Shown in pieces: positions 1-13,770 of a DNA stretch of 64,000 nt. Position 1 is the first letter of the stretch; every line of letters begins with the position of its first letter. The notes below the pieces were generated by a model that saw nothing but the letters and a program-made list of their open reading frames with translations, ran no database searches and was not told the DNA's origin. Source of the stretch: Octopus vulgaris (Eukaryota); NCBI GenBank assembly GCA_951406725.2, contig OX597834.1, forward strand, positions 11,470,001-11,534,000, in the 5' to 3' direction. A program made the position numbers and the translations under genes.

Positions 1-401
1 TTTGTACGAACTTTCATATATACAGACACACAAATATACACATATACAAATATACACGAGTAATAATTCCATTGGTTCGAAAACTTCATGATTCCTGAAA
101 CTGCATTCCCGAACCAAAGTTTATTTTCTGCTCCCATTTTTAGACATTAGTATTTGCAGCTGTTTCTCTTTTTAAATTCACCTTTCGAAAGAAGGTATTA
201 TTTCACGTTTTCTCGAAGTTTTAAGTTCTGATACATTCAACAATTATTTATATGTGGGCAGTCATCTAAAGGTTTTTGTTCGTCATGATGCTGACATAAG
301 TTCCTTGTCTTTCCTGATAAGGCGGCATAATGCACCCTTTATTCCTTCGGAATTGAGAATATGCAGTCTTCGAAACATGTGTCGAGAATAAAGGAATTTT
401 G

Positions 402-403
<2 letters not shown>

Positions 404-436
<33 letters not shown>

Positions 437-544
437 TATATATAGATATATATATATAGATAGATGCATCTGTTTATATATGCGTGTGTGTATATATATA
501 TATATATAGATATATAGATAGATAGATGCATCTGTTTATATATG

Positions 545-576
<32 letters not shown>

Positions 577-660
577 GATAGATAGATAGATAGATGCATC
601 TGTTTATATATGCGTGTGTGTGTATATATATATATATACATATATATATGTATTACACAT
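404..660. repeat. Minisatellite (3 units, core ATAGATAGATGCATCTGTTTATATATGCGTGTGTG) with (TA)n spacers
   Basis: Three near-identical cores at ~457, ~519 and ~587, separated by variable TA/GATA runs. Confidence 0.85.
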
Positions 661-1177
661 ATATACACACAGACGCACAAACATAACCAGACACACACAC
701 ATATGTTAATGATAATAATAAAGATAATAAAAGTTTTCTCCATTTTCTGCTTATTTTAAATATATATTTGTTTGTGTGTGTATAGACATATATGTGTGTG
801 TGTGTGTGTGTGTGAGAGTGAGAGAGAGAGAGAGAGAGAGAGAAATCTTTACATTCGCTTTCGAAATAAGCATTCACCGGAACCATTAGATTTTTCTTTA
901 AAGTGCTTCCATGATTATAAGATTATTTATATCATTCGCAACTAATTAAATTAACTCAAATTCGTCAGCATTTTCCCTTAGAATCTTTTACTCTTAAAAT
1001 GCTATTCCCAATGAATCATGTTGAGAAAAAACGTGTAAATAATAAGGTGTACCGGTTGAGTTACCGGTACAATGATTCAGTTTACCTATATTCACCCACA
1101 ATAAATATGCTTATGATATCCATGCGAGATCGAACCTGGATCCGGATTGCTTCTGTATTTATATATTTGTGTGCATA

Positions 1178-1226
<49 letters not shown>

Positions 1227-1319
1227 CCAAGTATATATGCCCACACACACACACACATACATACATATGTATGTGTACAAACACAAACATAAATATATAT
1301 ATATATATAGTTTGTGTTT

Positions 1320-1407
<88 letters not shown>

Positions 1408-1482
1408 ATATATGTATGCATATATGCCTCTGTGTGTGCATGTGTATATATATCTGTGTGTGTGTGTGTGTACATATGCTTG

Positions 1483-1800
1483 TGAAGGCGTATGGCTCAG
1501 TGGTTAGGGCATCGAGCTTGAGATTTTGGACTGGATTGCGTGTTGTGTTCTTGAGCAAGACACTTTATTTCACGTTGCTCCAATTCACTCAGCTGTAGAA
1601 ATGAGTTGTGCCGTCACAGGTGACCAGCTGTATCGGCCCCTTTGCCTTTCTCTTGGATAACACTGGTGGCGTGGAGAGGGGAGGCCGGTATGCATGGGCG
1701 ACTGCTGGTCTTGCATAAATAAACTTGCCCGGACTTGTACCTGAGAGGTTAACTTTCTAGGTGCACTCCCTTTGTCAGTGATGACTGAAGGGTGTCTCTC
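1483..1800 (+). mobile_element. tRNA-derived SINE (family W) with target-site duplication
   Basis: A-box-like TGGCTCAGTGG; body GTTGTGTTCTTGAGCAAGACACTTTATTTCAC; 12-bp TSD TACATATGCTTG at 1471-1482 and 1801-1812. Confidence 0.8.
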
Positions 1801-1945
1801 TACATATGCTTGAGAAGATGCTTTATCCCTTATCTTTTCATTACACTACATATATAAATGCAAATAGAGGGATTCGAAGGCTCAACTTTTAATCCATTTA
1901 CCACGATCTATTGATATATATTAAGGCATAAGTAACAAAAATAAT

Positions 1946-2159
1946 CCTTTCTTATATAGGTACAAGGCCTGAAATTTGGGGGAGGGGGACTAGTCAATTA
2001 CATCGCCCCCAGCACATGACTGATACTTATTTTATTGACCCCGAAAGGATGAAAGTCAAAGTTGACTTCAGCGGAATTAGAACTCAGAACGTAGTGACTG
2101 ACGGAATACTGTGAAGCATTTCGTCGAGTGTGCTAACGATTCTGCAATCTCACCGCTTT
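1946..2159 (-). mobile_element. tRNA-derived SINE family Z (Nin/Deu-domain-like), monomer with tail B
   Basis: Matches the family core GGTCGACTTTGCCTTTCATCCTTTCGGGGTCGATAAA..AGTACCAG; 19-bp TSD CATAAGTAACAAAAATAAT at 1927-1945 and 2160-2178. Confidence 0.8.
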
Positions 2160-2590
2160 CATAAGTAACAAAAATAATAAAAATAAATATAAAAAAAGTC
2201 AAACGAAATTACTCTTCATTGCAAGTAACTAAAAACCTGAAAATACTTGATAGTAGATCAAACTCTTGTGAGAGTTTCAAAATGATTTCGACTCAAGAAA
2301 CTAATTTCTATTACACTTCAATTAATCTGTTATTGATTTTCATTACTGTTTAATAAAAACTTTCCTATTCATGCCACTTCATAAAGAATATCAGTTAATT
2401 AATGATCTGTAAAAAGACATTAAATGGGAAACTATTTATAGGCATTGAATGCTATAAAGTGTGGTTGTGTAGTGTATAAAATTCTGTTTACCTTCTCAGG
2501 TACATGAATAGCTTTCTTTCTCTATGTCCGTTCGCCTCTTTTTTTTCTTTTTTGCTCTGTCTGTCTATCTGTGTCTGTATATACGTCTGT

Positions 2591-2649
<59 letters not shown>

Positions 2650-2656
<7 letters not shown>

Positions 2657-2840
2657 ACCCCGTGTGTACCGTTGGCGATCTGTCTCCCCTTCTCTGGATC
2701 TTTCCTTCTCCTATGTTTCCGACGAAGAGCTCCGCTCGAAACGTTAAACCCTCCTTCTTTCCAGAGCGTCCAATAATACTATATTTGTTCCACGTCCTCG
2801 CGTTGTGTTTTTTTTGTGCTTTCTTGTTTTGATTAACTTT
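2650..2840 (+). mobile_element. Short (TA)n-flanked element carrying a hammerhead motif (family H1; probable Penelope pseudo-LTR derivative)
   Basis: Homologous to 27766-27975 (+) and 59262-59445 (-); flanked by TA runs. Confidence 0.7.
2715..2749 (+). ncRNA. Minimal type I hammerhead ribozyme motif (U4C core variant)
   Basis: GTTT-CCGACGA-A-GAGC(TCC)GCTC-GAAAC-GTT-AAAC: stem I GTTT/AAAC, stem II GAGC/GCTC, loopless palindromic stem III ACGT. Confidence 0.65.
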
Positions 2841-2850
2841 ATATAGATAT

Positions 2851-3218
2851 ATACTTTGTAATTAGGGTTCAGCAAAGATTTGCTTTACCACATACCGAAG
2901 TTTAGAAATAGCAGCCAAAAAAACCTTAGCTATTTCTTTTACTTTAAAAAGGGACTCCCGGAAAAACCAAAATACTTGAAAACAATCCACGCAGGCAGAG
3001 AGGAAAAATAACGAAAATCAATCAAGATATAGATTGACCAGATATCGATTGATTTTCGTTATTTTTCCTCTCTGCCTGCGTGGATTGCTTTCAAGTATTT
3101 TGATTTTTCTGGGAGTTCCTTTTTAAAGTAGAAGAAATAGCTAAGGTTTTTTGACTGCTATTTCTAAACTTCGGTATGTGGTAAAGCAAATCTTTGCTGA
3201 AACCTCATTATAAAGTAT
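2851..3218. repeat. Long inverted repeat (~173-bp arms, 23-nt loop)
   Basis: 2851-3023 is the reverse complement of 3047-3218 with scattered mismatches. Confidence 0.95.
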
Positions 3219-3462
3219 TACTTAAGTTTACCGTGAAATGGTCCTTTTTCATGCCGAATTTTACTTGGTGAAATTATTGATTACTTCTTAATTAATTAAT
3301 TTCACCCTTTGTTATTATATATATATAAATAAATAGGTGAATGAATTATCCTATGTTTATCGTCAGCATGGAAAATTCGTTGAACCGAAACCAGGGTAGC
3401 AAATTCACGTCAGTCGAGAGTGAAGGAATTTTGTTAACATCTTCGTTCGACTCCATTCTTTC

Positions 3463-3526
<64 letters not shown>

Positions 3527-3624
3527 TCAATATAGGGTGGCAAAAAAAATTTTGTAGAATTCTTTTGCCACCAGCGGCCTAGTGGGAAAAAATTAAATAG
3601 TCATAAACCATTTTTAAGTTCAAC

Positions 3625-3886
3625 ATCACAATCAAGGAACGGCCATAATAGGCCATTCACCCACTAGAAATAACAGCCAAAAGCTTTAACCGCAAAATAA
3701 CATCAATTCCGTAAACCAGGAGAAAATTAAAAAGCATTTACCCTGTAATTTCTTATAAGAAATTACAGGGTAAATGTTTTTTAATTTTCTCCTGGTTTAC
3801 GGAATTGATGTTATTTTGCGGTTAAAGCTTTTGGCTGTTATTTCTAGTGGGTGAATGGCCTATTATGGCCGTTCCTTGATTGTGAT
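3625..3886. repeat. 262-bp loopless palindrome
   Basis: Centre at 3755/3756 (AATTTCTTA|TAAGAAATT); one mismatch seen between the arms. Confidence 0.95.
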
Positions 3887-4551
3887 ATATATATATATAT
3901 ATATATATTGTGATAGATAGACAGGTAGATAGATAACCGTGTGTTTATCATTGGTGAATTGCGTTACGTCGAAACACACAAAAGTCTGATGCACATAATA
4001 ATATTTGGCCGTCTATTCTGTCTTAATAGCTATGTATCATTGGTACTTATAATAAGAGAGCTATAATTCTTTCATTTTTACGAAAGCTATTTTATGTAAT
4101 TATCACTGAAAAGTAGATATCTCGCTGTCAAAAATACGAGGCAACCACTGATTAATTTTCCATGCGTCGGCCGAAGTGACAAAAAAGTTTTTCTCATTGG
4201 CGCAAATCAAACTGGTCAAAAAAGTTTTGCTATTAACATCTATTTGAGCAGGCTGTATCTTTATTCGTAGCCTCCGTCGATATACAGAAAAAGTTCATAC
4301 ACACGCACGTTCACATTTCACTAACGTTGTGGTCAACGCACGACTATGATAGAAAATATTTGCTTAAGCTGTTGCACATCGGGATCAGACTAAATGATGA
4401 AACCACATCAAATTTCCTAACTTCTATATGATTCCTTTGCCCGTATGGTTATTGCTAGTGAAAAACCATCATGTATGTATCTTTAACACTGCAATATACA
4501 ATCATGTACAATGACATCAATGTTGGTCGATTTCATGATTACACTTATTGT

Positions 4552-4866
4552 TGTTGCTTTTTTACGCCCTTTTCAAGCCTAGCCATGCTCATGGGCCCGG
4601 TTTCCAGGTTTCTGTAGCGTAAGTGTTCCCCCAGCTGGACGGAACGCCAGTCTATCGCAGCGTTACGCAAGAAACAGGAAGAGAGAGTGAGAGAAAGATG
4701 AAGCGAAAGAGTGCAACAGGGGTCGCCAACACCCCCTGTCGGAGCCTCGTGGAGCTTTAGGTGTTTTCGCTCAATAAACACACACAAGGCCCGGTCTGGG
4801 AATCGAAACCGCAATCCTTCGACTGCAAGTCCGCTGCCCTAACCACTGGGTCATTGCGCCTCCACA
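4552..4866 (-). mobile_element. tRNA-derived SINE family X, tail type b
   Basis: Head GGAGGCGCAATGACCCAGTGGTTAGGGCAGCGGAC..GGTTTCGATTCC on minus; TSD ACTTATTGT at 4543-4551 and 4868-4876. Confidence 0.85.
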
Positions 4867-5093
4867 AACTTATTGTACTATCTTATTATAAAGAAATATA
4901 TAAAATGGTTTGAAGGCGATTTTGTACCAGTTTCTCGCTGGTCAGGCCGCTGCGTAAATGGCCAATCGTTTTTCTGTTGGTATTGCTAATGTTTCGCTCG
5001 GGAGTGGCCTTAATAATAAAAATGTATGATTATAGGTATTTCAGTCGTACCAATAACATTTATGTACACATTTAACAAGGAATTACTGCGTCT

Positions 5094-5218
5094 CAACCGC
5101 ATGGTTCCGAGTTCAGTCCCACTGCGAGTCACCTTGTGCAAGAGACTTCTACTATAGCTTCGGGCCAACCAAAATTTTGTGAGTGGATTTGATAGATGGA
5201 AACTGAAAGAGGTCCGTC

Positions 5219-5265
<47 letters not shown>

Positions 5266-5690
5266 CACGAGTGTCTGAATTTGTTCCCTCCCTATCTCTT
5301 GATCACCAATGGTGGTGTGTTTATGTACGCGTAACCAACGTTTTGGCAAAGAAGACCTATATAATAAGTACCAACTTTGCAAAGAATAAGTTCTTAGATC
5401 GAATCCTTCGACTAATATACCATTTAAAGCGCTGCTACAGCATAGCCGAAGTCAAATGGCGGAAACGTGTAAATGAATACAAGAATAAAAGATTATATAT
5501 ATATATATATATATACACACGCACGCACACACACACACACACAACGGGTTTCTTTTAGTTTATATCAACCACTCACAAGTCTTTGGTCACTTAGAGCTAT
5601 ACTAATACTAGAAATGATGCGGAACGGGACTGACCAATGAAATCATATGGTTGCGAAGCAAACTTCTTACCACGCAGCCACGCATCCACG
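5094..5690. mobile_element. Two diverged copies of SINE family Y (CORE-like), + then -
   Basis: 5094-5495 (+) and 5543-5690 (-) match the family consensus seen at 17098-17494. Confidence 0.75.
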
Positions 5691-6950
5691 CACATAGCAA
5701 TAGTTTTGTCGAAATTGTATTGCATATTAAGAGATAGACATCCAAAAAAAAAAAATTACTAGATTGGTCCGATTCCACGATACTACTGAAAACGTAAAAT
5801 AAAAAAAGTCGTGATATCTGGTTAGATAAGACCATTCCAAAATAACTTCATTTCTGATACCCGTATGATGACAAATAGCCCGAAAATGTAATTCTTTTAA
5901 CGGTCAGAATATAAAAGTCAGATATAATTTACGAGAAAGTGAAAAAGGAAAGGAAAAAAAAAAGGACTTTAGTGAGAAAGTGCATGTATATGCAGAGAAG
6001 AAGAAGAATAGAAAATAATTTCTTGGGTTGAGTTATAGTCTGCATAGTTGTTCGGAATCTAACAAGTGATGATGATAAAGTAGTTTGGTAGAAACAGTAA
6101 GTACATATATAAAGGCCAAGATATCCGTAGGATGGCGATAAAATAGCGAAAGAAGTTTTTGTGTGTACGTGCATTTGTGGTCAAGGGCTTGTGTGTGTGT
6201 GTGTGTTTGAATGTGCTTTTCTTTTTTTTTTTGAGCCAAGAACTTGCTGGATAGTATCGTTTCAAAAATAGAAGCCTGTGAGAAAAATGTTGCCCTTTGT
6301 CTTTATCGTACCGATATATACAGAAATACTAGCTAACTATATATATGTGTGTGTGTATATATGTGTATATATATATATAATATTAGAGAGTATATCCAAA
6401 CTTACAGGGAAAAATTAGATTTAGGATTAATAATTTAAAAATTTCAAATTTTATATCTATATTGTATATTATATTAATTTTATTTATGTTTTGGTTTTTT
6501 TATGTTTTAGTTTGTCTATCACTTTGAGTTGCCTAATAGTGGTTTTATCTCTAATTTAATTTATATATATATATATATATATCACAAATACACGCAACAC
6601 GGGGCGACAAACGAATAAAGAATTTTCTTATGAACTTCATTAGCTTGCAGCCATGTCTAAGTTTATAGCAGCACCTGATAGAATCTAATAAGACATCTTT
6701 GAGTGCAATTTTGTGTTATTAAGGGCCAAATAAGTAAGATGTTGTTTTTAACTGAGATGTATCCAGGTATATGCGACGTATCTGCTACACCTTGAGAAAA
6801 TTCGTGTAGGCTTCTGTTGAAGTTGTCGAGATCTGTTTACATATATACACATATACTCACACACACATATATATATACACACACACATATATATATACAC
6901 ACACACACACATATATACACACACACACACATATATATACACACACATAT

Positions 6951-6993
<43 letters not shown>

Positions 6994-7004
6994 TATATAT
7001 ATAT

Positions 7005-7061
<57 letters not shown>

Positions 7062-7299
7062 AAAGATGGATGCACAACTGCAGTAATAGGAGAGACACGT
7101 ACAACAGTAGATTCATACATATATGCATACAGGAAATGTTGAAAGGAAACTACCAAGGATTATTGAAATTCCATTTGCAACGTCAGCAATTTAAACTTTT
7201 CCGTTTATATCACATTATTCAGAATTTCATTAAATTCAACAAATACGAGATGACTTACAACTGTCCGAAGTCAATTATTTGTCACGTCACGCATTTCGT

Positions 7300-7587
7300 A
7301 CCAATCCTACCTATCTATATATCTATCTATCTACCTACCTGTTTGTCCATATATCTATCTCTCCATCCATCCATCTATTTATCCATCCATCTATTTATCC
7401 ATCCATCCATCTATCCATCCATCCATATAGCTATCTATCCATATAGCTATCTATCCATATAGCTATCCATCCATCCATCCATCCATCCATCCATCCATCC
7501 ATCCATCCATCTATCCATCCATCCATCCATCCATCCATCCATCCATCCATCCATCCATCCATCCATCTATCCATCTATCTATCTATC
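7300..7587. repeat. (CCAT)n/(CTAT)n microsatellite, continued at 8435-8680
   Basis: Direct tetranucleotide repeats on both sides of the Tx1-like insert. Confidence 0.95.
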
Positions 7588-8434
7588 CGCTACCCGTTCG
7601 GGATAAGCTCTACAGACACGGCTCGAGAAACACGGGGCCGACCTGCCCGAGATGCGGGCAGAGCGACGAAACCGTTCTGCACGCACTCGTTCAGTGTCCA
7701 ACAATTTCCGACCTGTGGGCTTATGTCGAACAACTGCTGTCACGTGTGGGACGAGTCGGTTTATCAGCTGAGTCTATCGTCAATATTGTCACGCCTCCTT
7801 CCTTCAAACGGGAAGGAAGAGCTATTTTCATCATCCTTGTGGCTATGGCGAAAGAATGTATCTGGTGGACGCGTCTGAAAGGATTGGAGACAAACACTTT
7901 CCTCTCTGGTCAATCTCTCATCAACTTCTTCAAGTACCACTTGAAAAGGAAAGTGAGAGTAGAGAGGCAAGTTTTGTCTAGCGAATGTTTTAAAAAAGAT
8001 GGGTGAATGTAGCAAGAATGGCACGTATGAATGACGAAGCCACCTTGAGCATAGTCCTATGAACCCAGAAATCGAAAACAGAGAGTTGCTTATTTGCAAA
8101 AAAAAAAAAAAAGAAATATAAAATGTGACATCATTGACCGAGGTTACCGTGGTCTTTTCCGTAGGCTTTTCTTTGCACGGGTAAACCTCACCTGTCCTCC
8201 CCTTTACACTTCATATTGACATTTCTGTGATAACGATCCCTATTGATCAATTTTTTTCCTCCCCCCTTTTTTTAAACCCCCTTTTTTTGTCCTCTTTCTC
8301 TCCTTTTACGATCCCTTTTGATCGAAACTCCCCCTTCCTTTTTTTTTTTTTTTTTTTCTTAAACCTTCAAAAGAAAAGCTCTACCTTGTAATTTGTTCTA
8401 TCTGTGTGCAGCCCTGTGTGGCTAATAAAGAAAC
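7587..8434 (+). mobile_element. 5'-truncated L1/Tx1-type non-LTR retrotransposon 3' end (zf-RVT CCHC domain plus 3'UTR)
   Basis: In frame from 7587: [42 protein letters not shown]; pyrimidine-rich 3'UTR ending AATAAAGAAAC. Confidence 0.85.
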
Positions 8435-8435
8435 A

Positions 8436-8493
<58 letters not shown>

Positions 8494-8494
8494 C

Positions 8495-8570
<76 letters not shown>

Positions 8571-9082
8571 ATCCATCCATCCATCCATCCATCCATCCAT
8601 CCATCCATCCATCCATCCATCCATCCATCCATCCATCCATCCATCCATCTATCCATCTATCTATCTATCTATCTATCTATCTGTCCATTTATATATGTAG
8701 GTATGTATCTATTCATCTATCTGTTTATCTATCGATCGGTCAGTCTGTCTGCCAGCCATTATATATATTTTGCCACTTTTCTCATTCCACCTTTAGCATT
8801 CACCTTCTTTTCGACTTCTCTCGTGCTTTCTCATAAACCAGCGTCCGGTTTTTCCCATAAGACCAGCCATGTTTCTGAACCTAAAAATATAGCTTGACAC
8901 GACGAACCACGCCGTATAAATCTTCCGAGATATTGTGTATGTTAAATAACATTTACATCTCACTGGATTCAGTACAATTTTTTGTTGATCGTATCTGTAA
9001 GTGATCAGTAGATCTCTCTCTCTCTTTTTCTCTCTCTCTTTCTCTCTCACTCTCACACACACACGTGTACCAATATATATAC

Positions 9083-9578
9083 AAAGGCGAAGAGCTGGGT
9101 GAAATGCTTTGTGGTATTTCGTCTGCCGCTACGTTCTGAGTTCAGATTCCGCCGAGGTCGACTTTGCCTTTCATTGTTTCGGGGTCGATTAAATAAGTAC
9201 CAGTAACGCACTGGGGTCGATACAATCGACTTAGTTTGTCCTCTCTGTGTTTAGCTCATTGTGGGTAGTAAAGAAATAGGTATTTCGTCTGCCGGGGTCG
9301 ATAAATTAAGTACCAGTTACGCACTGGGGTCGATATAATTGACTTAATCAATTTGTCTGTGCTTGTTTTCCTCTCTATGTTTAGTCCCTTGTGGGTAGTA
9401 AAGAAATATGTATTTCGTCTTCTGCTACGTTCTGAGTTCAAATTCCACGGAGGTCGAATTTGCCTTTTATCTTTCCGGGGTCGATTAAATAAGTACCAGT
9501 TGGATACTGAGGTCGATGCCATCGACTTAACCCCCTCCCCTAAAGTTTCGGGCCTTGTTCCTTGAATAGAAAAGAATA
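9083..9578 (+). mobile_element. SINE family Z multimer (head + tail-A units + tail-B end)
   Basis: Repeated Nin-like cores with GAAATAG|GTATTTC-type junctions at ~9273 and ~9403. Confidence 0.8.
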
Positions 9579-11309
9579 TATGTATACACACAGGCACACA
9601 TATATAACTTATTTAGCGTACCTATAGGCATAAAAAGCACATCTGGTACATATATACTTAAATGAGTTTATAAGCATATATAGATATCGAATCTGTACAA
9701 GGTCTACCTGTAGATCTGCATATAAATGTGTGCGTGTGTACCGGTGTGTGTCTTTGATTGTATGTATTTGTGTATATGTGTATGTATGTTTGACTACATA
9801 ATGATATTCCGATATTTATAAATTTGTGGGACTGTTTTCTCTTAATATATATATATGCGTATATATGTATGAATATATATACATATTCATATATACGTTT
9901 GTATGTATGTATACATATATATATATACATATATACAGTATATGTGCTTGTGTGTATGCATAGATATATCCATATATATATACACACACACACTGAGCTT
10001 GTAAGTTTTTGGTAACATCTGGAATTCTAAGTTTTCAAGCAATTTCTCCAAGAAAACTGCTCTTATGCAAGAAAATACAAAATATAAATCTATACAAGAT
10101 ACTTACTTACATATTCATGGAGTTATATATATTCCCCGAAACTCATACACAAACATATATAAATACTCATGCATAGACACATGCATACACAGACACAAAT
10201 GCAAAGACACACACTCTGACGCAGACACATTCACAGACAGACACACACTGACACATACACACATAAATCCACCAATGTATACTTATATAAATGCATATAT
10301 AAACACATAAATATAAATTTACAATGTCTGCAATTTAAACTTTTGTTAGAATTATATTTGTTTAGATTTTTATTCATGTCAATAAACCAACAGACATGCA
10401 AACGAACACGGACACACACACACACACACTCACAAATACCAACACACAAACATAGGTACACCTTCATTAGAAATGAGTTACTACTAATGAATATAGTCCA
10501 TATAAATGACTGTATTTGAAAGTTTGCAAACTGAAACACTCGTAATTCATTAAGCACCATTTACACCTAAAGCCATGGCATAATCCAGTACGTGCCGTCA
10601 GCATTTCGAAAGAGTTTAACGTCTCTGCCAACGATAATCTTGATGATATTCACTAAACATTGAGAAAGGGACTTTTCTCTAAGCTTAGATTTATAAAAGT
10701 CGAAATCAATATATTTTAAAGATGCTTTGTTGAAGGGGTCTATATGTATAGTAATGCGTTGAACAAAGTACGCTCTTACGCATCAGTGTTTTGATATGTA
10801 TAGCTCAGTGTGTGTGTGTGTGTATATATACACACACATATGGATATATCTCTACATACACACAAGCACTTACACATAAATATACTGTATACATTCATAC
10901 TTAGATATATATGCATATATATATATATATATATATGTACATATGTATACAAACGTATATATATAAATATACATACTTATATTTGACTGCATGGCCGCAG
11001 TCAAATGACCGAAACAAGTAAAAGAGTATTGTATATATACATACATTCAAACGTATATATAGATATGTATATATAAATATACATATGAATATATACATAC
11101 ATACAAACGTATATATAGATATGTATATATATATATAGATATGTATATATAAATATACATATGTATATATACATACACACGTATATATAGATATGTATAT
11201 ATTTATATACGTATATATATTCATACATATATATATATACATACATATATACGCATATATATATATATATACAAGCGTATGTATATATGTATATACATAC
11301 GTATGTATA

Positions 11310-11445
11310 TATATGCACACATACGTATGTATATATATGCACACGTACGTATGTATATATATGCACACATACGTATGTATATATATGCACACATACGTAT
11401 GTATATATATGCACACATACGTATGTATATATATGCACACATACA
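11310..11445. repeat. 24-bp minisatellite ATGCACACATACGTATGTATATAT x~5.5
   Basis: Units start at 11313, 11337, 11361, 11385, 11409 and 11433. Confidence 0.9.
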
Positions 11446-11846
11446 TATATATATATATATACACCTACCAACAGCTTGCATACATACGTGCATAAATGTA
11501 TGCATACATGCATATATACATTCAGTGTGTTCGGGCTAAATTCAACGATTTGGTTTGTTTCCAATGTTCAGGAATAAGCGTTCTCTATTGGTTAACTGTT
11601 GGTGGAGGTGAAGAGAATAAAGATTAAAGTTGTGGTTTAGAGAATAAAGAACGAATGGTAGTTGACATGGAGGCCTGGAAGCCTTCTGAATATTGGAAAA
11701 TAATTAAAGATTCGCCCCGGGTTTCCAAAATACAGACACCTAATTCATTGCCGCATTTAGTTCAACGTCACTTTCTCTTAGAACCTTTCCGACTGTCTAT
11801 TAAGATATTTTCGAACCTTTGTCTTCAGAAGGGTAAAAATGGCTAT

Positions 11847-11945
11847 CTATCTATCTATCTATCCGCTCAGTCGAAGTCAACTCTCGGTTACTCGTTGGAT
11901 CAGTGTCCACCAGTCAGTTCTATCCTGGGCCGCTTCTTTCAGAGA
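11847..11945 (-). mobile_element. RTE/BovB-like LINE extreme 3' fragment with (GATA)n tail
   Basis: Reverse complement of the end of 50529-50820; TSD AAAATGGCTAT at 11836-11846 and 11946-11956. Confidence 0.85.
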
Positions 11946-13364
11946 AAATGGCTATAAAAGATTAAATAGGCTTCTCATCCGAGTAAAATACATTTTAGGC
12001 GCAGGCTATTCCAGCTTTGAATAATTCATATAAAAATAATATCATATGTATGTCACTTTTGTATAGCTGCTATTTATTTAATCCATTTCCAAAAATATGC
12101 AGATTTAAAGCAACAGACGGATTTGAAACAGGAATCGCATGGGTGTAATTAAATAATTAATATTCATATGGTCAGTTATTGTCTGACTCTTTCGACGCCA
12201 CCATGCTTTCATTACCGCTACTTTCATTGTCAAAAAAACCTTTCTTTGCAGACACGATTTCGCATTATTATTCAACTCGGGATTCACTGTTTTTCATTAT
12301 AGTATTTTAATCTGAAATATGTCTCCATCAGTATGAAAGAAAGCCGCATGAGCTAACAAATAGCAGCGAAAACAATATCAAAAATCTGATCACAAACTAC
12401 TAATGAACGAACTACCAGAACAATACAATACTAATACATAAAAAAGATACATTTTATCACATACACACACAAATATATATATATGTATATATATATATAT
12501 GATAAAATAAACCAATAGCTGAGGATTAAAATTAAATATCAGAACACTGACAAATTGAATTTTGCTATTAGTTACAATTGTATTCACAGGGCTGATTATT
12601 AATCATGTTTTGATCAAATTTAAACAAAGGAATTGGCGGATATTCGTGTATTTTGGGGAGAAGAAGTTACAGAAAAATGAATAAATAAATGTACGTTAAT
12701 TGGCATATTGGTTATACAGAATATAATATAATAATTGAACATTTCTTCTCTAGACGTGATGTAAACCGAGTAAAATTTAATTAAATAAGAGTCAAAAACA
12801 ATAAAAAAGAAATACTATTTCTTTAACTTCCATATCGAGAAATTCTATTCATATGAGATTTCAAGAAAGAGAAAACAAAGTCGTGAAAATAAAAATAAAA
12901 CACCATTAGTATAATTAAGTTTTATTTATTTATTTATTTAATTAATGATTTATTTATTTTTTAACTAGGCTTGGTTAGCAATTAGTACATCGGTGTGTTA
13001 TTGTTTGGGGAAAACGTAATGTGTGGGAATATTTTATAATTACAGGTTAATAACATCCTTCAGAAAATAAGAAAACTTTCGACTGCAAACGAACAAGACT
13101 ATAGAGATTGAGGATTTGAACAATGTGCCACATTGTTGGCCAAAAAGGTGAAGAAACCAACATAGCTAATCTAATTATATCAGTGCTTGCTTATTTTTTT
13201 TTATTATTCTTACTAGGACAATACGTTACGATCCATTTACGATTGCAAACGTAATTTTCTCAACAATTAAATAAATAAATACATAGAAAGAAACATAAAT
13301 ATAATTTTTATGCTGAAAATTGACTATAGTCTTATACACGTACATACATACGTATATATATATA

Positions 13365-13615
13365 TATATACACTCACACACAAAATTAGACAGGCACATA
13401 TATATGTATATATATATATATATATATATGCACACACACTCACACACAAAATTAGACAGGCACATATATATGTATATATATATATACACACTCACACACA
13501 AAATTAGACAGGCACATATATATGTATATATATATATAAACACTCACACACAAAATTAGACAGGCACATATATATATATATATATATATACTCACACACA
13601 AAATAAGACAGGCAC

Positions 13616-13647
<32 letters not shown>

Positions 13648-13687
13648 TCACACACAAATACACACAACATTAGACAGATAGATATAT

Positions 13688-13731
<44 letters not shown>

Positions 13732-13770
13732 TTACATAAACACACAAATGCACACAAAATTAGGCATATG
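13365..13770. repeat. Minisatellite, core CACTCACACACAAAATTAGACAGGCAC with (TA)n spacers, ~6-7 units
   Basis: Repeated core that degenerates toward the 3' side. Confidence 0.9.
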
